Source: Burkholderiales bacterium (lineage in GTDB: Bacteria; Pseudomonadota; Gammaproteobacteria; Burkholderiales; Nitrosomonadaceae). From it: DNA of 64,000 nt. Below are positions 40,078 to 50,445 of this stretch, one piece after another. A program made the translations under genes and the position numbers. Below the pieces are notes generated by a model. That model worked only from the letters and a program-made list of their open reading frames with translations. It made no database searches and was not told the origin of the DNA. The DNA lies in contig JACKLU010000009.1 in assembly GCA_024235735.1 (NCBI GenBank), positions 24,667 to 88,666 of the forward strand, read 5' to 3'. Within the stretch, counting starts at the first letter, position 1; the number at the start of each line of letters is the position of its first letter.

Positions 40078-42444
40078 ATGAAATTTTCTGAAAGTTGGTT
40101 GCGGACTTTTGTAAATCCGGATTATACGAGCGATGAGCTTGCTCATGCGTTGACTATGGCTGGTTTGGAAGTCGAAAATTTAGAACCTGTTGCCGCTTCG
40201 TTTGAGCATGTTGTCGTGGCCGAAGTGCTGGGCGTCGAGAATCATCCGGAAGCGGATCGATTAAAGATTTGTCAGGTCAGCGTTGGAGAGCATGCGAAGG
40301 AACCACTACAGATTGTCTGTGGCGCTCCAAATGTAAAACCTGGCATTAAAGTGCCGTGTGCGCTGATTGGTGGAAAGTTGCCTGGTATTGAAATAAAGAA
40401 GGTGAAACTACGCGGTGTCTTGTCGTTTGGAATGTTATGTTCGGCACGGGAACTGGGAATCAATGAAAATGCGGACGGATTGATGGTCCTGCCTGACGAT
40501 GCACCAACGGGTCAAAATTTTCGTGACTATTACGCACTAAACGATAAGGTTTTTACGCTAAGTCTGACACCGAACAGAGCCGATTGTTTGAGTGTTTATG
40601 GGATTGCGCGGGAAATCTCCGCGATTACCGACACACTGTTGGCGCCGTTAAAAATAAGTCATGCGTCTGAAGAAATCCCCGATAAGATCGAAGTGCATAT
40701 TAAGGCACCCGATGCATGTCCTCTGTATTGTGGCCGTATTATTCGAGGCATCAATTTGAATGTTGATCCACCTCTGTGGATGAAACAGCGACTGGAAAGA
40801 AGTGGTTTGCGCTCAATCAATGCTGTGGTCGATACGACTAATTATGTTCTGCTTGAAACGGGGCAGCCAATGCACGCATTTGATTTAGCCAGATTGGAGG
40901 GTGCGATCCGGGTGCGCTATGCGGAAGCAGGAGAAAAGATAACACTGTTGAATGACAGTGAGATAGTACTCACGCCTGATATGTTATTGATTGTGGATGA
41001 TTATAAACCTTTGGCATTGGCCGGTATTATGGGTGGATTGGAAAGTGCTGTAGTATCGGAGACAGTCGATATTTTTCTGGAATGTGCATTTTTTATCCCG
41101 AATTGTATCTCGGGTAAATCATTTACACTTGGTTTTAGTTCGGATTCTGCTCACCGATTTGAACGCGGTGTCGATTTTGCGGCAACTCGCAGCGTGCTCG
41201 AATATGCGACTGAACTCATTCAGTCGATCTGCGGTGGCAAGGTTGGGCCGGTAATTGAAACGAAGTATCAATTACCCGAAAGGCGTCAGGTTGCAGTTCG
41301 TTCTGATCGTGTCAGGCGTGTGTTGGGCATTTCGCTGACTACTGACCAAATCTTTGAATACTTTAAACGCCTGCAATTTGTGTTTTCGGAAAACGATGGG
41401 ATTTTTTATGTAACACCGCCAAGCTATCGATTTGATCTTGTCATTGAAGAAGATTTCATCGAGGAACTGGCGCGCATTCATGGTTATGATGCCATTCTGG
41501 CACAGCAGCCAAGGGCAGAGCTCTCGATGTTGGCGGTTCCGGAAAAAAAGCATACACCTGCAGCAATCAAGCAGATGCTTGTTATGCGAGATTATCAGGA
41601 AGTGGTCAATTATGCTTTTGTGGATGAATTCTGGGAACGAGATTTGTTGCAGAACAGCCGTCCGATTGTACTAAAAAATCCGATTGCTAGTCATATGAGT
41701 GTCATGCGCAGTGGCTTGATCGGGGGGCTGATCGCTAATCTGCAGTTTAATCTGAATCGCAAACAGGACCGGGTGCGTTTGTTTGAAATGGGGGGATGTT
41801 TTGAGTGCGATTCGAACGGGAACTATCGTCAGTTTGATAAATTAGCAGGACTGGGATGCGGCGACGTGTACCCTGAACAATGGGGAGAATCGGCGAGAAC
41901 GATTGATTTTTTTGATTTAAAGGCCGATATTGAAGTGCTATTTCATGCGCGCGAATTGAATTTTCAACCAGGATCGCATCCTGCATTTCATCCGGGTAAA
42001 TCAGCCAGAATTATTGTGGAGCAGAATTTTGCCGGATGGCTAGGCGAGTTGCATCCGCATTGGCAGAAAAAATTTGACTTGCCTCGATCTGTTGTTCTGT
42101 TTGAACTTTCGCTTGACTGCTTGCTGCCGAAGTCATTGGCGCATGCAAAAGAAATGTCTAAATATCCTCCTGTTAGGAGAGATATCGCAATTACTGTCGA
42201 TAATCAAGTTGCAGTACAGTCGCTTTTGGATGTGATGCAAGAAAATAAACCGGAGATAGTAACCGAAATCGTCTTATTTGATATGTATCGTGGAAAATCT
42301 GTTGGCGAAAAAAGAAAAAGTCTCGCGTTCAGAATCCTGTTGCAGGATATTGAGAAAACACTGACCGATGAAGAGATTGATAATGCAATATCCAGCCTGC
42401 TTCATGTTCTTGAACTAAAATTTTGTGCGACATTAAGAGTCTGA
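40078..42444 (+). CDS. pheT: Phenylalanine--tRNA ligase beta subunit
   Basis: MKFSESWLR, LTPNRADC, HRFERGVD, FDX-ACB domain at the C-terminus. Confidence 0.98.
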   Translation: MKFSESWLRTFVNPDYTSDELAHALTMAGLEVENLEPVAASFEHVVVAEVLGVENHPEADRLKICQVSVGEHAKEPLQIVCGAPNVKPGIKVPCALIGGKLPGIEIKKVKLRGVLSFGMLCSARELGINENADGLMVLPDDAPTGQNFRDYYALNDKVFTLSLTPNRADCLSVYGIAREISAITDTLLAPLKISHASEEIPDKIEVHIKAPDACPLYCGRIIRGINLNVDPPLWMKQRLERSGLRSINAVVDTTNYVLLETGQPMHAFDLARLEGAIRVRYAEAGEKITLLNDSEIVLTPDMLLIVDDYKPLALAGIMGGLESAVVSETVDIFLECAFFIPNCISGKSFTLGFSSDSAHRFERGVDFAATRSVLEYATELIQSICGGKVGPVIETKYQLPERRQVAVRSDRVRRVLGISLTTDQIFEYFKRLQFVFSENDGIFYVTPPSYRFDLVIEEDFIEELARIHGYDAILAQQPRAELSMLAVPEKKHTPAAIKQMLVMRDYQEVVNYAFVDEFWERDLLQNSRPIVLKNPIASHMSVMRSGLIGGLIANLQFNLNRKQDRVRLFEMGGCFECDSNGNYRQFDKLAGLGCGDVYPEQWGESARTIDFFDLKADIEVLFHARELNFQPGSHPAFHPGKSARIIVEQNFAGWLGELHPHWQKKFDLPRSVVLFELSLDCLLPKSLAHAKEMSKYPPVRRDIAITVDNQVAVQSLLDVMQENKPEIVTEIVLFDMYRGKSVGEKRKSLAFRILLQDIEKTLTDEEIDNAISSLLHVLELKFCATLRV

Positions 42445-42661
42445 AAAATGATTCATTTGTCATATAAAATTATGAATATAAATGAAAAAATAATAATATA
42501 GCAGCTAATCTTTTGTTGATAATTGATATAATAAAAACTATATAGTGTTAATTAGCATGCTGAGATAGCAAGACATGGGGGCGAAAAATATCTCAACGCG
42601 TAAATCATAGTACAGCACTATTTTAAGAAGAATTTAATCTGATAACTATGCGGAGAAAAGA

Positions 42662-42973
42662 ATGGCTCTAACTAAAGCTGAATTGGCTGATTTGTTATTT
42701 GAAAATGTTGGACTGAACAAACGTGAAGCGAAGGACATGGTCGAGTCTTTCTATGAGGAAGTTCGTATAGCATTGGAAAAAGGCGAAGGCGTCAAATTAT
42801 CAGGTTTTGGCAATTTTCATTTGCGAACTAAACCGCAGCGGCCTGGCCGTAATCCTAAAACCGGAGAAGAAATACCGATTACCGCGCGACGCGTTGTGAC
42901 GTTTCATGCCAGCCAGAAGCTTAAAACCATGGTTGAACAGAATTATCATGGAAAACAAGAAAGCAACTCATAG
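42662..42973 (+). CDS. ihfA: Integration host factor alpha
   Basis: [38 protein letters not shown]. Confidence 0.97.
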   Translation: MALTKAELADLLFENVGLNKREAKDMVESFYEEVRIALEKGEGVKLSGFGNFHLRTKPQRPGRNPKTGEEIPITARRVVTFHASQKLKTMVEQNYHGKQESNS

Positions 42974-43343
42974 ATTTCCACCGATTCCGGCGAAACGCTA
43001 TTTTACAATTGGCGAGGTTGGCGTGTTATGCGGCGTCAAACCTCATGTTTTGCGTTACTGGGAACAAGAGTTTACACAGCTGAGACCCGTTAAGCGCCGT
43101 GGAAACAGGCGCTATTATCAACATCAAGAAGTCTTGCTGATCCGTAGAATCAGAGAACTTCTATATGATCATGGATTCACCATCAATGGCGCCCGAAGCC
43201 GGCTGGAGCAGAACGATTCAGGCGCAAAATCCTCACAAATGGCGATTTCCGGAGTGCGACAGGGACAAGCGGAATCGCCGGTTGATCTGAGCTACTTACG
43301 CAACGAGCTTCAGAGCATAATAGCTTTTTTAGCAACCAAGTAA
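42948..43343 (+). CDS. MerR-family regulator conserved downstream of ihfA
   Basis: [11 protein letters not shown]...[12 protein letters not shown]...RRGNRRYY; overlaps the end of ihfA. Confidence 0.88.
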   Translation: MENKKATHRFPPIPAKRYFTIGEVGVLCGVKPHVLRYWEQEFTQLRPVKRRGNRRYYQHQEVLLIRRIRELLYDHGFTINGARSRLEQNDSGAKSSQMAISGVRQGQAESPVDLSYLRNELQSIIAFLATK

Positions 43344-43414
43344 GCTGTCGTGAGTATATGTTGACTTATCTCATGTGTTTAATATTCTGCTTGTTTGCTA
43401 TAATCCATTATAAG

Positions 43415-43491
<77 letters not shown>

Positions 43492-43733
43492 TGATTGGAT
43501 ACACATTCTGATAGCTTTCTATCGCTTCCCGATTTAAAAGAATGATTCAAATCATTAACAGATTCTGTGCTTGTTTATACTTATCGCACTTCATATTTGA
43601 TATCAATATGTTTCACCGAACGAAAGTAGGGTGAAGGGTATTACAATAAAAGCGGACTGGATACGAAAGATTTGATCAATCGCACTTCATTTTTCTTGAT
43701 TCGGTTTCCGATTTTATAGATAACAATTCAATA

Positions 43734-44495
43734 ATGCGTATTTTAGTCAGTAATGATGATGGCTATTTTTCACCAGGATTGGCATGTCTGGCCGAAGCAC
43801 TATCCAGCGTGGCCGAAATCATAGTAGTAGCGCCAGAGCGTGACAGAAGCGGCTCAAGCAATTCCTTGACATTGGATCGACCACTAAGTTTGCGTCGTTC
43901 GTCCAATGGATTTTATTATGTCAATGGAACACCAACGGATTGTGTTCACCTTGCGGTTACCGGTATGCTGGATGTACTGCCCGACATGGTTATTTCAGGC
44001 ATCAATGATGGTGCGAATATGGGAGATGATACGATTTACTCCGGAACTGTTGCTGCTGCAACGGAAGGATTTTTATTGGGCGTGCCCTCGCTGGCAGTAT
44101 CTTTGGCTGATGTCACCAAGGGATGCTATGCTACAGCAGCGCGAGTAGCGGTCAATATGGTTAAGCGGTTTAAACAGAATGAGTTGAAAATTCCCATTTT
44201 GCTGAATATCAATGTTCCTGATGTTGAATACGACCAACTTGAGGGTATCAAGGTAACACGATTAGGCCGGCGACATAAAGCCGAACCGGTAATCAGATCC
44301 CTAACTCCGCGTGGAGATACTGTATATTGGGTGGGTGCGGCTGGTGCTGCGCAGGATGCGGGTGAGGGGACGGACTTCGATGCTGTACGTTGCAATCATG
44401 TTTCAGTTACACCGTTGCAAATTGATTTGACACGATTTGACCAGATGGGGTTTGTGAGTGAGTGGCTGAGCAGGCAAGCATCACTCGATGAATAG
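43734..44495 (+). CDS. surE: 5'/3'-nucleotidase SurE
   Basis: [32 protein letters not shown]. Confidence 0.96.
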   Translation: MRILVSNDDGYFSPGLACLAEALSSVAEIIVVAPERDRSGSSNSLTLDRPLSLRRSSNGFYYVNGTPTDCVHLAVTGMLDVLPDMVISGINDGANMGDDTIYSGTVAAATEGFLLGVPSLAVSLADVTKGCYATAARVAVNMVKRFKQNELKIPILLNINVPDVEYDQLEGIKVTRLGRRHKAEPVIRSLTPRGDTVYWVGAAGAAQDAGEGTDFDAVRCNHVSVTPLQIDLTRFDQMGFVSEWLSRQASLDE

Positions 44496-44588
44496 GTCAT
44501 TATGGACTCAAGTAGTGTTGAGCGATATAACAAAACATCATGTATTCATGAAGTTAGAATTGCCCTGTAACGCAGTGGGTAGTAGTCG

Positions 44589-45251
44589 GTGAATATGCAT
44601 CTTTTAGGCATAGGAATGACATCGCATCGAACGCGTATGCGTATGATTGAGCGCCTTCGCGCTCAAGGTATTACTGACGAAGTTGTATTATCGGTTATGG
44701 GCGCAATTCCGCGCCATCTTTTTGTCGAAGAGGCGCTAGCCAGTCGTGCATATGAGGATGTAGCTCTGCCGATTAACTACGGACAGACAATTTCCAGTCC
44801 ATGGATGGTGGCGCGTATGAGTGAGTTGTTGCGAGCCAATTCAGCGCTCAATAAAGTATTGGAAATTGGTACTGGCTGTGGTTACCAGACTGCTGTACTG
44901 GCAAGATTGGCGAGATTGGTTTATTCAATTGAGCGTATAGGGCCATTATTAACAAAAACACGCATTCGTTTACACAAACTTCAGGTCAGAAATATTCATT
45001 TGAAGCATGCTGACGGATTACTAGGGTTGTCTGATGCTGCTCCGTTTGATGGTATTATCATGACTGCTGTCACAACGCATATACCCGATACGCTGCTGGA
45101 ACAGTTGGCTGTTGGCGGAAAAATTGTTTTTCCCCGGGGCAGTCAAAAGCAGAATTTATGTATTATTGAAAGAAATTCGCAAGGCTACGCAGAAAAAATA
45201 CTGGAAGAGGTAAATTTTGTTCCCATTATATCCGGCGTTGTTAAAAAATAG
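44589..45251 (+). CDS. pcm: Protein-L-isoaspartate O-methyltransferase
   Basis: IPRHLFV, GQTISSP, VLEIGTGCGYQTAVL, APFDGII. Confidence 0.94.
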   Translation: MNMHLLGIGMTSHRTRMRMIERLRAQGITDEVVLSVMGAIPRHLFVEEALASRAYEDVALPINYGQTISSPWMVARMSELLRANSALNKVLEIGTGCGYQTAVLARLARLVYSIERIGPLLTKTRIRLHKLQVRNIHLKHADGLLGLSDAAPFDGIIMTAVTTHIPDTLLEQLAVGGKIVFPRGSQKQNLCIIERNSQGYAEKILEEVNFVPIISGVVKK

Positions 45252-45270
45252 TGATGCTGAGGAAATTGCG

Positions 45271-46308
45271 ATGGATAATAATCAAGAATTATTGAAAACC
45301 GGTATCCGAGGGATGTCGGTCGCTATAGTCTGGCTGTTATTTTTTTCATGGTTAATTACTGGTTGTGAGACGACAAAAGGACCGGCGCCTGTTGCTGAGC
45401 GTGCTGCTGTTCCGACTACTGTCCCAGAAAGGACGATGAATGTCCCGTCTTCTGAGCAAACTGATTCATTTTATATTGTGCAACGGGGGGATACGCTTTA
45501 TGGTATTGCGCTCAAGCATGGCATTAGTCAGAAGGATTTGGCAGAGTGGAATAACATAAACGACCCGCACTCCATTAGACCAGGGCAACGCATTAATTTG
45601 TCGCTGACTTCCGGAAACGCGGGGCCGGTGCTATTCGCGGTACCACATCAATCCACGATGCCGATCGTGGATTCGTCCTTGGACTTGACTGGAAATGCGG
45701 TTGATTCGACTCAATATCCGGCATTAGAAGGAACTGCATCGCAGGCAGTTAAGACATCACCAAAAGCCCTAAAACTGCCTTACTCGGAGCAGAATGTGGC
45801 GCTTTTGCAGCATTCTGCCAATCCTTCCTTGAGCGTAGCTGATAGAGAGCAGGTTGTTTCTTCTGGAGCGGGCACGCGAATCGAGAATGCACCCAATCCG
45901 CCTGTGGAAAGCACCAGTCTGGCTATGCATGCCCCGGCGGTGTCAAATTGGATCTGGCCGACAAGTGGTCAATTACTTTCTTCTTTTTCGGCTAATTCCA
46001 AGGGGCTGAAAATCTCTGGACAAATGGGACAAGCCATTGTGGCTACCGCTGCGGGGGAGGTGGTTTACAGCGGCGATGGATTGCGTGGATATGGCAATCT
46101 TATCATTATTAAGCATAATGATACCCTTCTAAGCGCATACGCGCATAACAGCAAATTGCTTGTAAAAGAAGGAGAAACCGTTACACAGGGACAACAAATT
46201 GCAGAAATGGGAAGCACTGATACTGATTCTCCACAGCTGCACTTTGAAATCAGGCGGCATGGGAAGCCGGTTGATCCCATGGAGTTTTTACCCGTAAATC
46301 CAGGATAA
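45271..46308 (+). CDS. nlpD: LysM/M23 lipoprotein NlpD
   Basis: Lipobox LITGC; LysM YIVQRGDTLYGIA; M23 GYGNLIIIKH...SAYAHN...LHFEIR; surE-pcm-nlpD synteny. Confidence 0.9.
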   Translation: MDNNQELLKTGIRGMSVAIVWLLFFSWLITGCETTKGPAPVAERAAVPTTVPERTMNVPSSEQTDSFYIVQRGDTLYGIALKHGISQKDLAEWNNINDPHSIRPGQRINLSLTSGNAGPVLFAVPHQSTMPIVDSSLDLTGNAVDSTQYPALEGTASQAVKTSPKALKLPYSEQNVALLQHSANPSLSVADREQVVSSGAGTRIENAPNPPVESTSLAMHAPAVSNWIWPTSGQLLSSFSANSKGLKISGQMGQAIVATAAGEVVYSGDGLRGYGNLIIIKHNDTLLSAYAHNSKLLVKEGETVTQGQQIAEMGSTDTDSPQLHFEIRRHGKPVDPMEFLPVNPG

Positions 46309-46327
46309 TTTCAGGTAATTTCGCTGA

Positions 46328-46786
46328 TTGCAATACAGCTTAAAGCCGCACAGGCAAGTTTCTGCAGTTGTTCACCTTAAACCTTCCAGACAACTGACAT
46401 GCATGCTCATTATGGCGCATTGCGCTGTTATACCTTTGGTGTGGCTATTGACAGCAGCGCTCAGCTTCAAGTTTGCGATCATGCTTATGGTAACGATCAG
46501 CTTGTATTACTATTTACGACAAGATGCGCTGCTTAATTTTCCGTGTTCAGTGGTCTCGTTCACATTAACTGATGGAAAAAGCTGTGTACTGAAAATGCGC
46601 AATGGCAGCGAGAAGGAATGTGCTGTCTTGGCAATCTCGTACGTTTCCGCTTATCTAACTGTGCTGATTCTGCAACCCGTTTGCTATTGGAATTTTCGAA
46701 GTGTGATTATTCTTCCGGATAGTGTTGATGCCGAGGAATTCCGGCGGCTAAGAATATTGCTTCGCTGGAAATGGAAGCATGTCTGA
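46328..46786 (+). CDS. YgfX/CptA-like inner-membrane protein
   Basis: Two N-terminal TMs; C-terminal ILPDSVDAEEFRRLRILLRW. Confidence 0.7.
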   Translation: MQYSLKPHRQVSAVVHLKPSRQLTCMLIMAHCAVIPLVWLLTAALSFKFAIMLMVTISLYYYLRQDALLNFPCSVVSFTLTDGKSCVLKMRNGSEKECAVLAISYVSAYLTVLILQPVCYWNFRSVIILPDSVDAEEFRRLRILLRWKWKHV

Positions 46787-46874
46787 GTTTATGAATAAAA
46801 ATAGCGCATGGAAAAGACGTTAGTCAGAATCTTCATGCGCCACTTTTACTTTTTGAGTATTTGTTAAAGTTATT

Positions 46875-47234
46875 TCAGCGCATTTTCCATTCTTTATAGG
46901 TTGTTTCGCGATCGAAATTGTCCCAGACATAGCTGGGTTGAACAATGGGTGTCGTTGGTACTGGGAAAGTTGCGATATCCAGTGCGCCTGAAAGACTGCG
47001 ACCAACACTGTGAAACAGACCGGTGAAAAGACCTGCGGTCATTCCATATGTTGCGCCATGTCTACGGCCGGTTATTATCATGGTTTTCGGAATTTCTACA
47101 AAACCCGTGACTGCGTTAGCTATACCGGTACCCAATTTTTCACCAACTTTTGTTGAGTAATTGTGCGCCATGACACTGGTGGGGAGAAGTGTCAATGCTG
47201 CGAATAGCAGAAAAATACGAATCAATTTATACAT
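46875..47234 (-). CDS. TIGR04073-like (exosortase-system-associated) exported protein
   Basis: KLGTGIANAVTGFVEIPK...GRSLSGALDIATFPVP; signal peptide. Confidence 0.65.
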   Translation of the reverse strand: MYKLIRIFLLFAALTLLPTSVMAHNYSTKVGEKLGTGIANAVTGFVEIPKTMIITGRRHGATYGMTAGLFTGLFHSVGRSLSGALDIATFPVPTTPIVQPSYVWDNFDRETTYKEWKMR

Positions 47235-47302
47235 GAAAAAAGCCTTTTTTAAGATGTAAATGAGTCAAAAATATATCAGCTGTTCTGATTGCTGTTATTT
47301 GA

Positions 47303-47809
47303 TTAATCAGATTTTTGTTTCAAGAACCGCATAATCCTTTCAACTTCAGAACCTATCTGGTGATACGGATAATTTTGTTTTTCCAGTTCTGTTCTAATTA
47401 GAAAGGACATTTCCAGAACGAGCAGCTCCATCGTATTTTTATCACCTTTCGATATCGCCTCCTGATATTCTTTCTGGAAGCGGTTAATTGCGTCCATCAT
47501 TTTGGTATTGTTTTCATCAGTCGGCAAAATAGAGCTGAGTTCATATTTCAGATTGCTGGACAAATTGGCCGGTGTTTCATTTGTAACGGTCTGGGTATCA
47601 GGGGGGAAGAGTTTGTTTAAATGAATTGAACTCATGATTAGAACAACGCCGGAAAGTATTGTGGTGAGAATGAACCGCCAGATGCCGTATGTTTTTCCAA
47701 AAAAATGAATCGTTTTTGTTTTCTTGAAATTGAGGCGAATGAGTGCAGATAATCCAATAAAAAATATAATGGCCCCTGCGGCCATTATGAAAGGTACAAT
47801 CGGATTCAC
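47303..47809 (-). CDS. Hypothetical membrane protein (2 TM plus helical domain)
   Basis: 168-aa ORF, ATG start, two hydrophobic segments. Confidence 0.55.
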   Translation of the reverse strand: MNPIVPFIMAAGAIIFFIGLSALIRLNFKKTKTIHFFGKTYGIWRFILTTILSGVVLIMSSIHLNKLFPPDTQTVTNETPANLSSNLKYELSSILPTDENNTKMMDAINRFQKEYQEAISKGDKNTMELLVLEMSFLIRTELEKQNYPYHQIGSEVERIMRFLKQKSD

Positions 47810-48045
47810 AGTTTTTTTACTCCCTGAATGTCTTATTTATCATTTAGTTATGCTGTGTTGGAAGCAGAAAGGCGCACTGTTTTCTCAGTACAGTAATTAT
47901 CATCAAATAATATGCGCATATCAGCGAGCTATTTTAGCTTAAAACCTGCAATTAGAAATATGGATTATTTTTGTTCGCGGATTCAATTGAGATGGCCGTT
48001 CACAGAACGTAATTAGAAAAAGCGAATGAACGGCCTTCAAATTAA

Positions 48046-48591
48046 TTACTGCGGTGGTGGGGGTGGTGGATTGCCAGGCGGCGGCGGTGGTGGCGTAAAC
48101 CCAGGGGGAGGGGGTAAAATTTTTACAGGCTGGGGTGAAACTGAAGATTGTTCATTGGAGAATCTCCCTGTGACGGGAACCCGGTGCCCTTTTGCATACA
48201 TGCATTGGATATAATTGATGTCATATCGATATTGAGCTTCATAACCCGAAGTTCTCGATGTGCCAGATCCGGCCAGACCTCCAGCGAGCAGGCCGGTTCC
48301 GGCGCCAATTGCGGCGCCTTCTCCACCGCCAAGCGCGGCGCCTGCCGCAGCACCTAAGGCAGCGCCTACAGCGGCGCTTTCAACACCACTGGAAACAGAG
48401 GCATCTCTTGGCGTGATTCCTCCAATTTGGGCATACGCATAACGCCTGCATTCGTAATCATCGTAGCGGAATTGTTCAAAATTTTTATTGGCGCCGGGTA
48501 ATACCATAATGCTCGGACTGTTGGGCAGGCTGACACAGGCAGCAAGGAATGTAGCAGCAACCGGATAAAGTAATTTGCGGATAGTAAACAT
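48046..48591 (-). CDS. Glycine-zipper lipoprotein with poly-Pro tail (copy B')
   Basis: Lipobox LAAC; GAALGAAAGAALGGGEGAAIGAGTGLLAGG; YIQCMYAKGH; PPPPGFTPPPPPPGNPPPPPPQ. Confidence 0.8.
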   Translation of the reverse strand: MFTIRKLLYPVAATFLAACVSLPNSPSIMVLPGANKNFEQFRYDDYECRRYAYAQIGGITPRDASVSSGVESAAVGAALGAAAGAALGGGEGAAIGAGTGLLAGGLAGSGTSRTSGYEAQYRYDINYIQCMYAKGHRVPVTGRFSNEQSSVSPQPVKILPPPPGFTPPPPPPGNPPPPPPQ

Positions 48592-48607
48592 ATTTCATAC
48601 CTCTTGA

Positions 48608-49030
48608 TCATTGTTGAGTCGGCGGTGCGGGATCTACCCGCTGCCAGCCACCGGGGCACTGTTTAACATAGGGGTAATAGCCTTCGGGGTTGGTGCAGTA
48701 GTACCAGTAATGCGTTTGTGATTGAGTCGCTGGAGGCGACTCTTGCTGCTGAATATAAACCGGTGGTGTCGGAGATACTATAACCGGCGGTGTTGCAGGA
48801 ACGACAATAGGAGGCGCACCATAAAAAGGTGGATAAAAAAAGGGATCATAATACCCATAACCACCATAACCACCATAACCACCATAACCACCATAACCAT
48901 CATAGAAACCTGGGTAACCTAAGTTTATTCCAAAACTGAAGTGATCAAAATGCCCGCCATGTGCAGTTGCAAAATGACTGGTAATAAGCGTCATTAGTGT
49001 AAAGATGGATAACAGGGAAAATTTTTTCAT
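48608..49030 (-). CDS. Exported Gly/Tyr/Pro-rich protein with C-terminal YYC-NP-GYYPY-C-GW motif (copy A')
   Basis: Signal peptide ending ATA|HGG; (GYG)5; YWYYCTNPEGYYPYVKQCPGGWQRV. Confidence 0.75.
   Translation of the reverse strand: MKKFSLLSIFTLMTLITSHFATAHGGHFDHFSFGINLGYPGFYDGYGGYGGYGGYGGYGYYDPFFYPPFYGAPPIVVPATPPVIVSPTPPVYIQQQESPPATQSQTHYWYYCTNPEGYYPYVKQCPGGWQRVDPAPPTQQ
48855..48899. repeat. In-frame 9-bp tandem repeat x5 (CCATAACCA), encoding GYG repeats on the minus strand
   Basis: Five perfect units counted directly. Confidence 0.9.
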
Positions 49031-49156
49031 AAAGGCATTCCTGCTTAAGCTGAAGTTAGGAAGTTATTAATGATAGCTGTTGATAGTATGTTCTGATCAA
49101 ATCATCCTTAAATCGAAGCTGTGAGTAAGTGGGAGATCAATGAGCCTGGTTTGCGT

Positions 49157-49687
49157 TTATCGGTATATTGGCGAAGGCGGATACCCTGGCGGGACAATAT
49201 TTCGACTGCTGCCATAGGCGTCATTCTGAAAGGTGCCGGCAACAGGAACATGATGACCTTTCGTATACATGCATTGTATATAGCCGTGATCATAGCGCTG
49301 TTGATGGATCAGGCCGGAAGTTCTGGCATTGTCCGAGCCAACTAATCCGCCGGCCAAAACACCCGTACCCGCACCGATAGCTGCCCCTTGTCCACCACCT
49401 AAAGCAACGCCGGCGATTGCACCCAGTGCAGCACCAATAGCGGCGCTATTAAAGCCGCTATTAACTACCGCCCCTTTTGCCGTAGTGCCGCCAATTTGTT
49501 CATGAGCGTATTGCCGGCAAAAATAATCATCGTGACGGAATTGATCAAAATTTTTTCCATCTCCAGGTAAGGCCATAACGCTCGGGCCATCTGGCATGCT
49601 AATGCACGCGGCTAAAAGTAGCAGGGGTAAGGCGCTAAAAATAAACTTCAAAATTGATCGCATCACCGATATCTCTTTTGCATTCAT
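49157..49687 (-). CDS. Glycine-zipper lipoprotein (copy B)
   Basis: ATG overlaps the upstream stop (TAATG); lipobox LAAC; paralogous to 48046-48591 (MALPG..KNF.QFR.DD..CR, YIQCMY.KGH.VPV.G). Confidence 0.8.
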   Translation of the reverse strand: MNAKEISVMRSILKFIFSALPLLLLAACISMPDGPSVMALPGDGKNFDQFRHDDYFCRQYAHEQIGGTTAKGAVVNSGFNSAAIGAALGAIAGVALGGGQGAAIGAGTGVLAGGLVGSDNARTSGLIHQQRYDHGYIQCMYTKGHHVPVAGTFQNDAYGSSRNIVPPGYPPSPIYR

Positions 49688-50259
49688 TATTGTGGTGTAG
49701 GTTGGGGTGCTACTTGCAGCCACCCTTCGGGGCATTGCTTGATGTATGGATAGTAACCTTCCGGGTTGCGGCAGTAATACCAGTAACTGGTTTGTACGGG
49801 TTGTGCTTGTGAAGTGGCAGGTGTTTCGCGCTGGATATAAATGACAGGCGCCGAAGGCGCAATGATTGAAGGAGAAGAATAATAATAACTACGCGGATAA
49901 TAATAAGCGCCAGGATAGCGATAGCGGTATGAATAAGGATAGCTGGGATAGCTATAGTATCCGGAGCCAAAAAAACCTGGCCCAAATAAGCCCGGGCCGT
50001 AGAATCCACCGAAGCCGATTCCAAGATTATAATGGCTGTGGCCACGATTAAAATGCTGATGGCCGCCGCTAAAACCACCGCCTCTTCCCGTGTCGCTGCC
50101 TCCGCCAATGACACTGCCTTCGCCATGACCACCTCTTGCCCACACTGGATGATTAATGGTTAATCCAGTCAATAGCAACATGAAGCATAAACCTGTCCAT
50201 TTTTTTGTATCAGTCCATGGATAGCTTTTGGTGGGGGTGCTGTAAATTGACTTTTCCAT
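49687..50259 (-). CDS. Exported Gly/Tyr/Pro-rich protein (copy A)
   Basis: Hydrophobic leader ending VWA|RGGHG; Y-rich middle; YWYYCRNPEGYYPYIKQCPEGWLQV. The start is uncertain. Confidence 0.75.
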   Translation of the reverse strand: MEKSIYSTPTKSYPWTDTKKWTGLCFMLLLTGLTINHPVWARGGHGEGSVIGGGSDTGRGGGFSGGHQHFNRGHSHYNLGIGFGGFYGPGLFGPGFFGSGYYSYPSYPYSYRYRYPGAYYYPRSYYYSSPSIIAPSAPVIYIQRETPATSQAQPVQTSYWYYCRNPEGYYPYIKQCPEGWLQVAPQPTPQ

Positions 50260-50445
50260 ATTTTCAGACTCGAAGATCATATGACGCGCATGTTAAAACG
50301 TGCAACCTGAATCAGAACTGAATGAAATTTCTATTTCCCAAAACCTGCGCTAAAACAGGTATCATAAAGCATTTGAACAGAATCACTGACAATCGTTTTA
50401 CCGTTATCGGTAATTTTTTTGTTTTATTCTTTAGGAGAAATTAAT

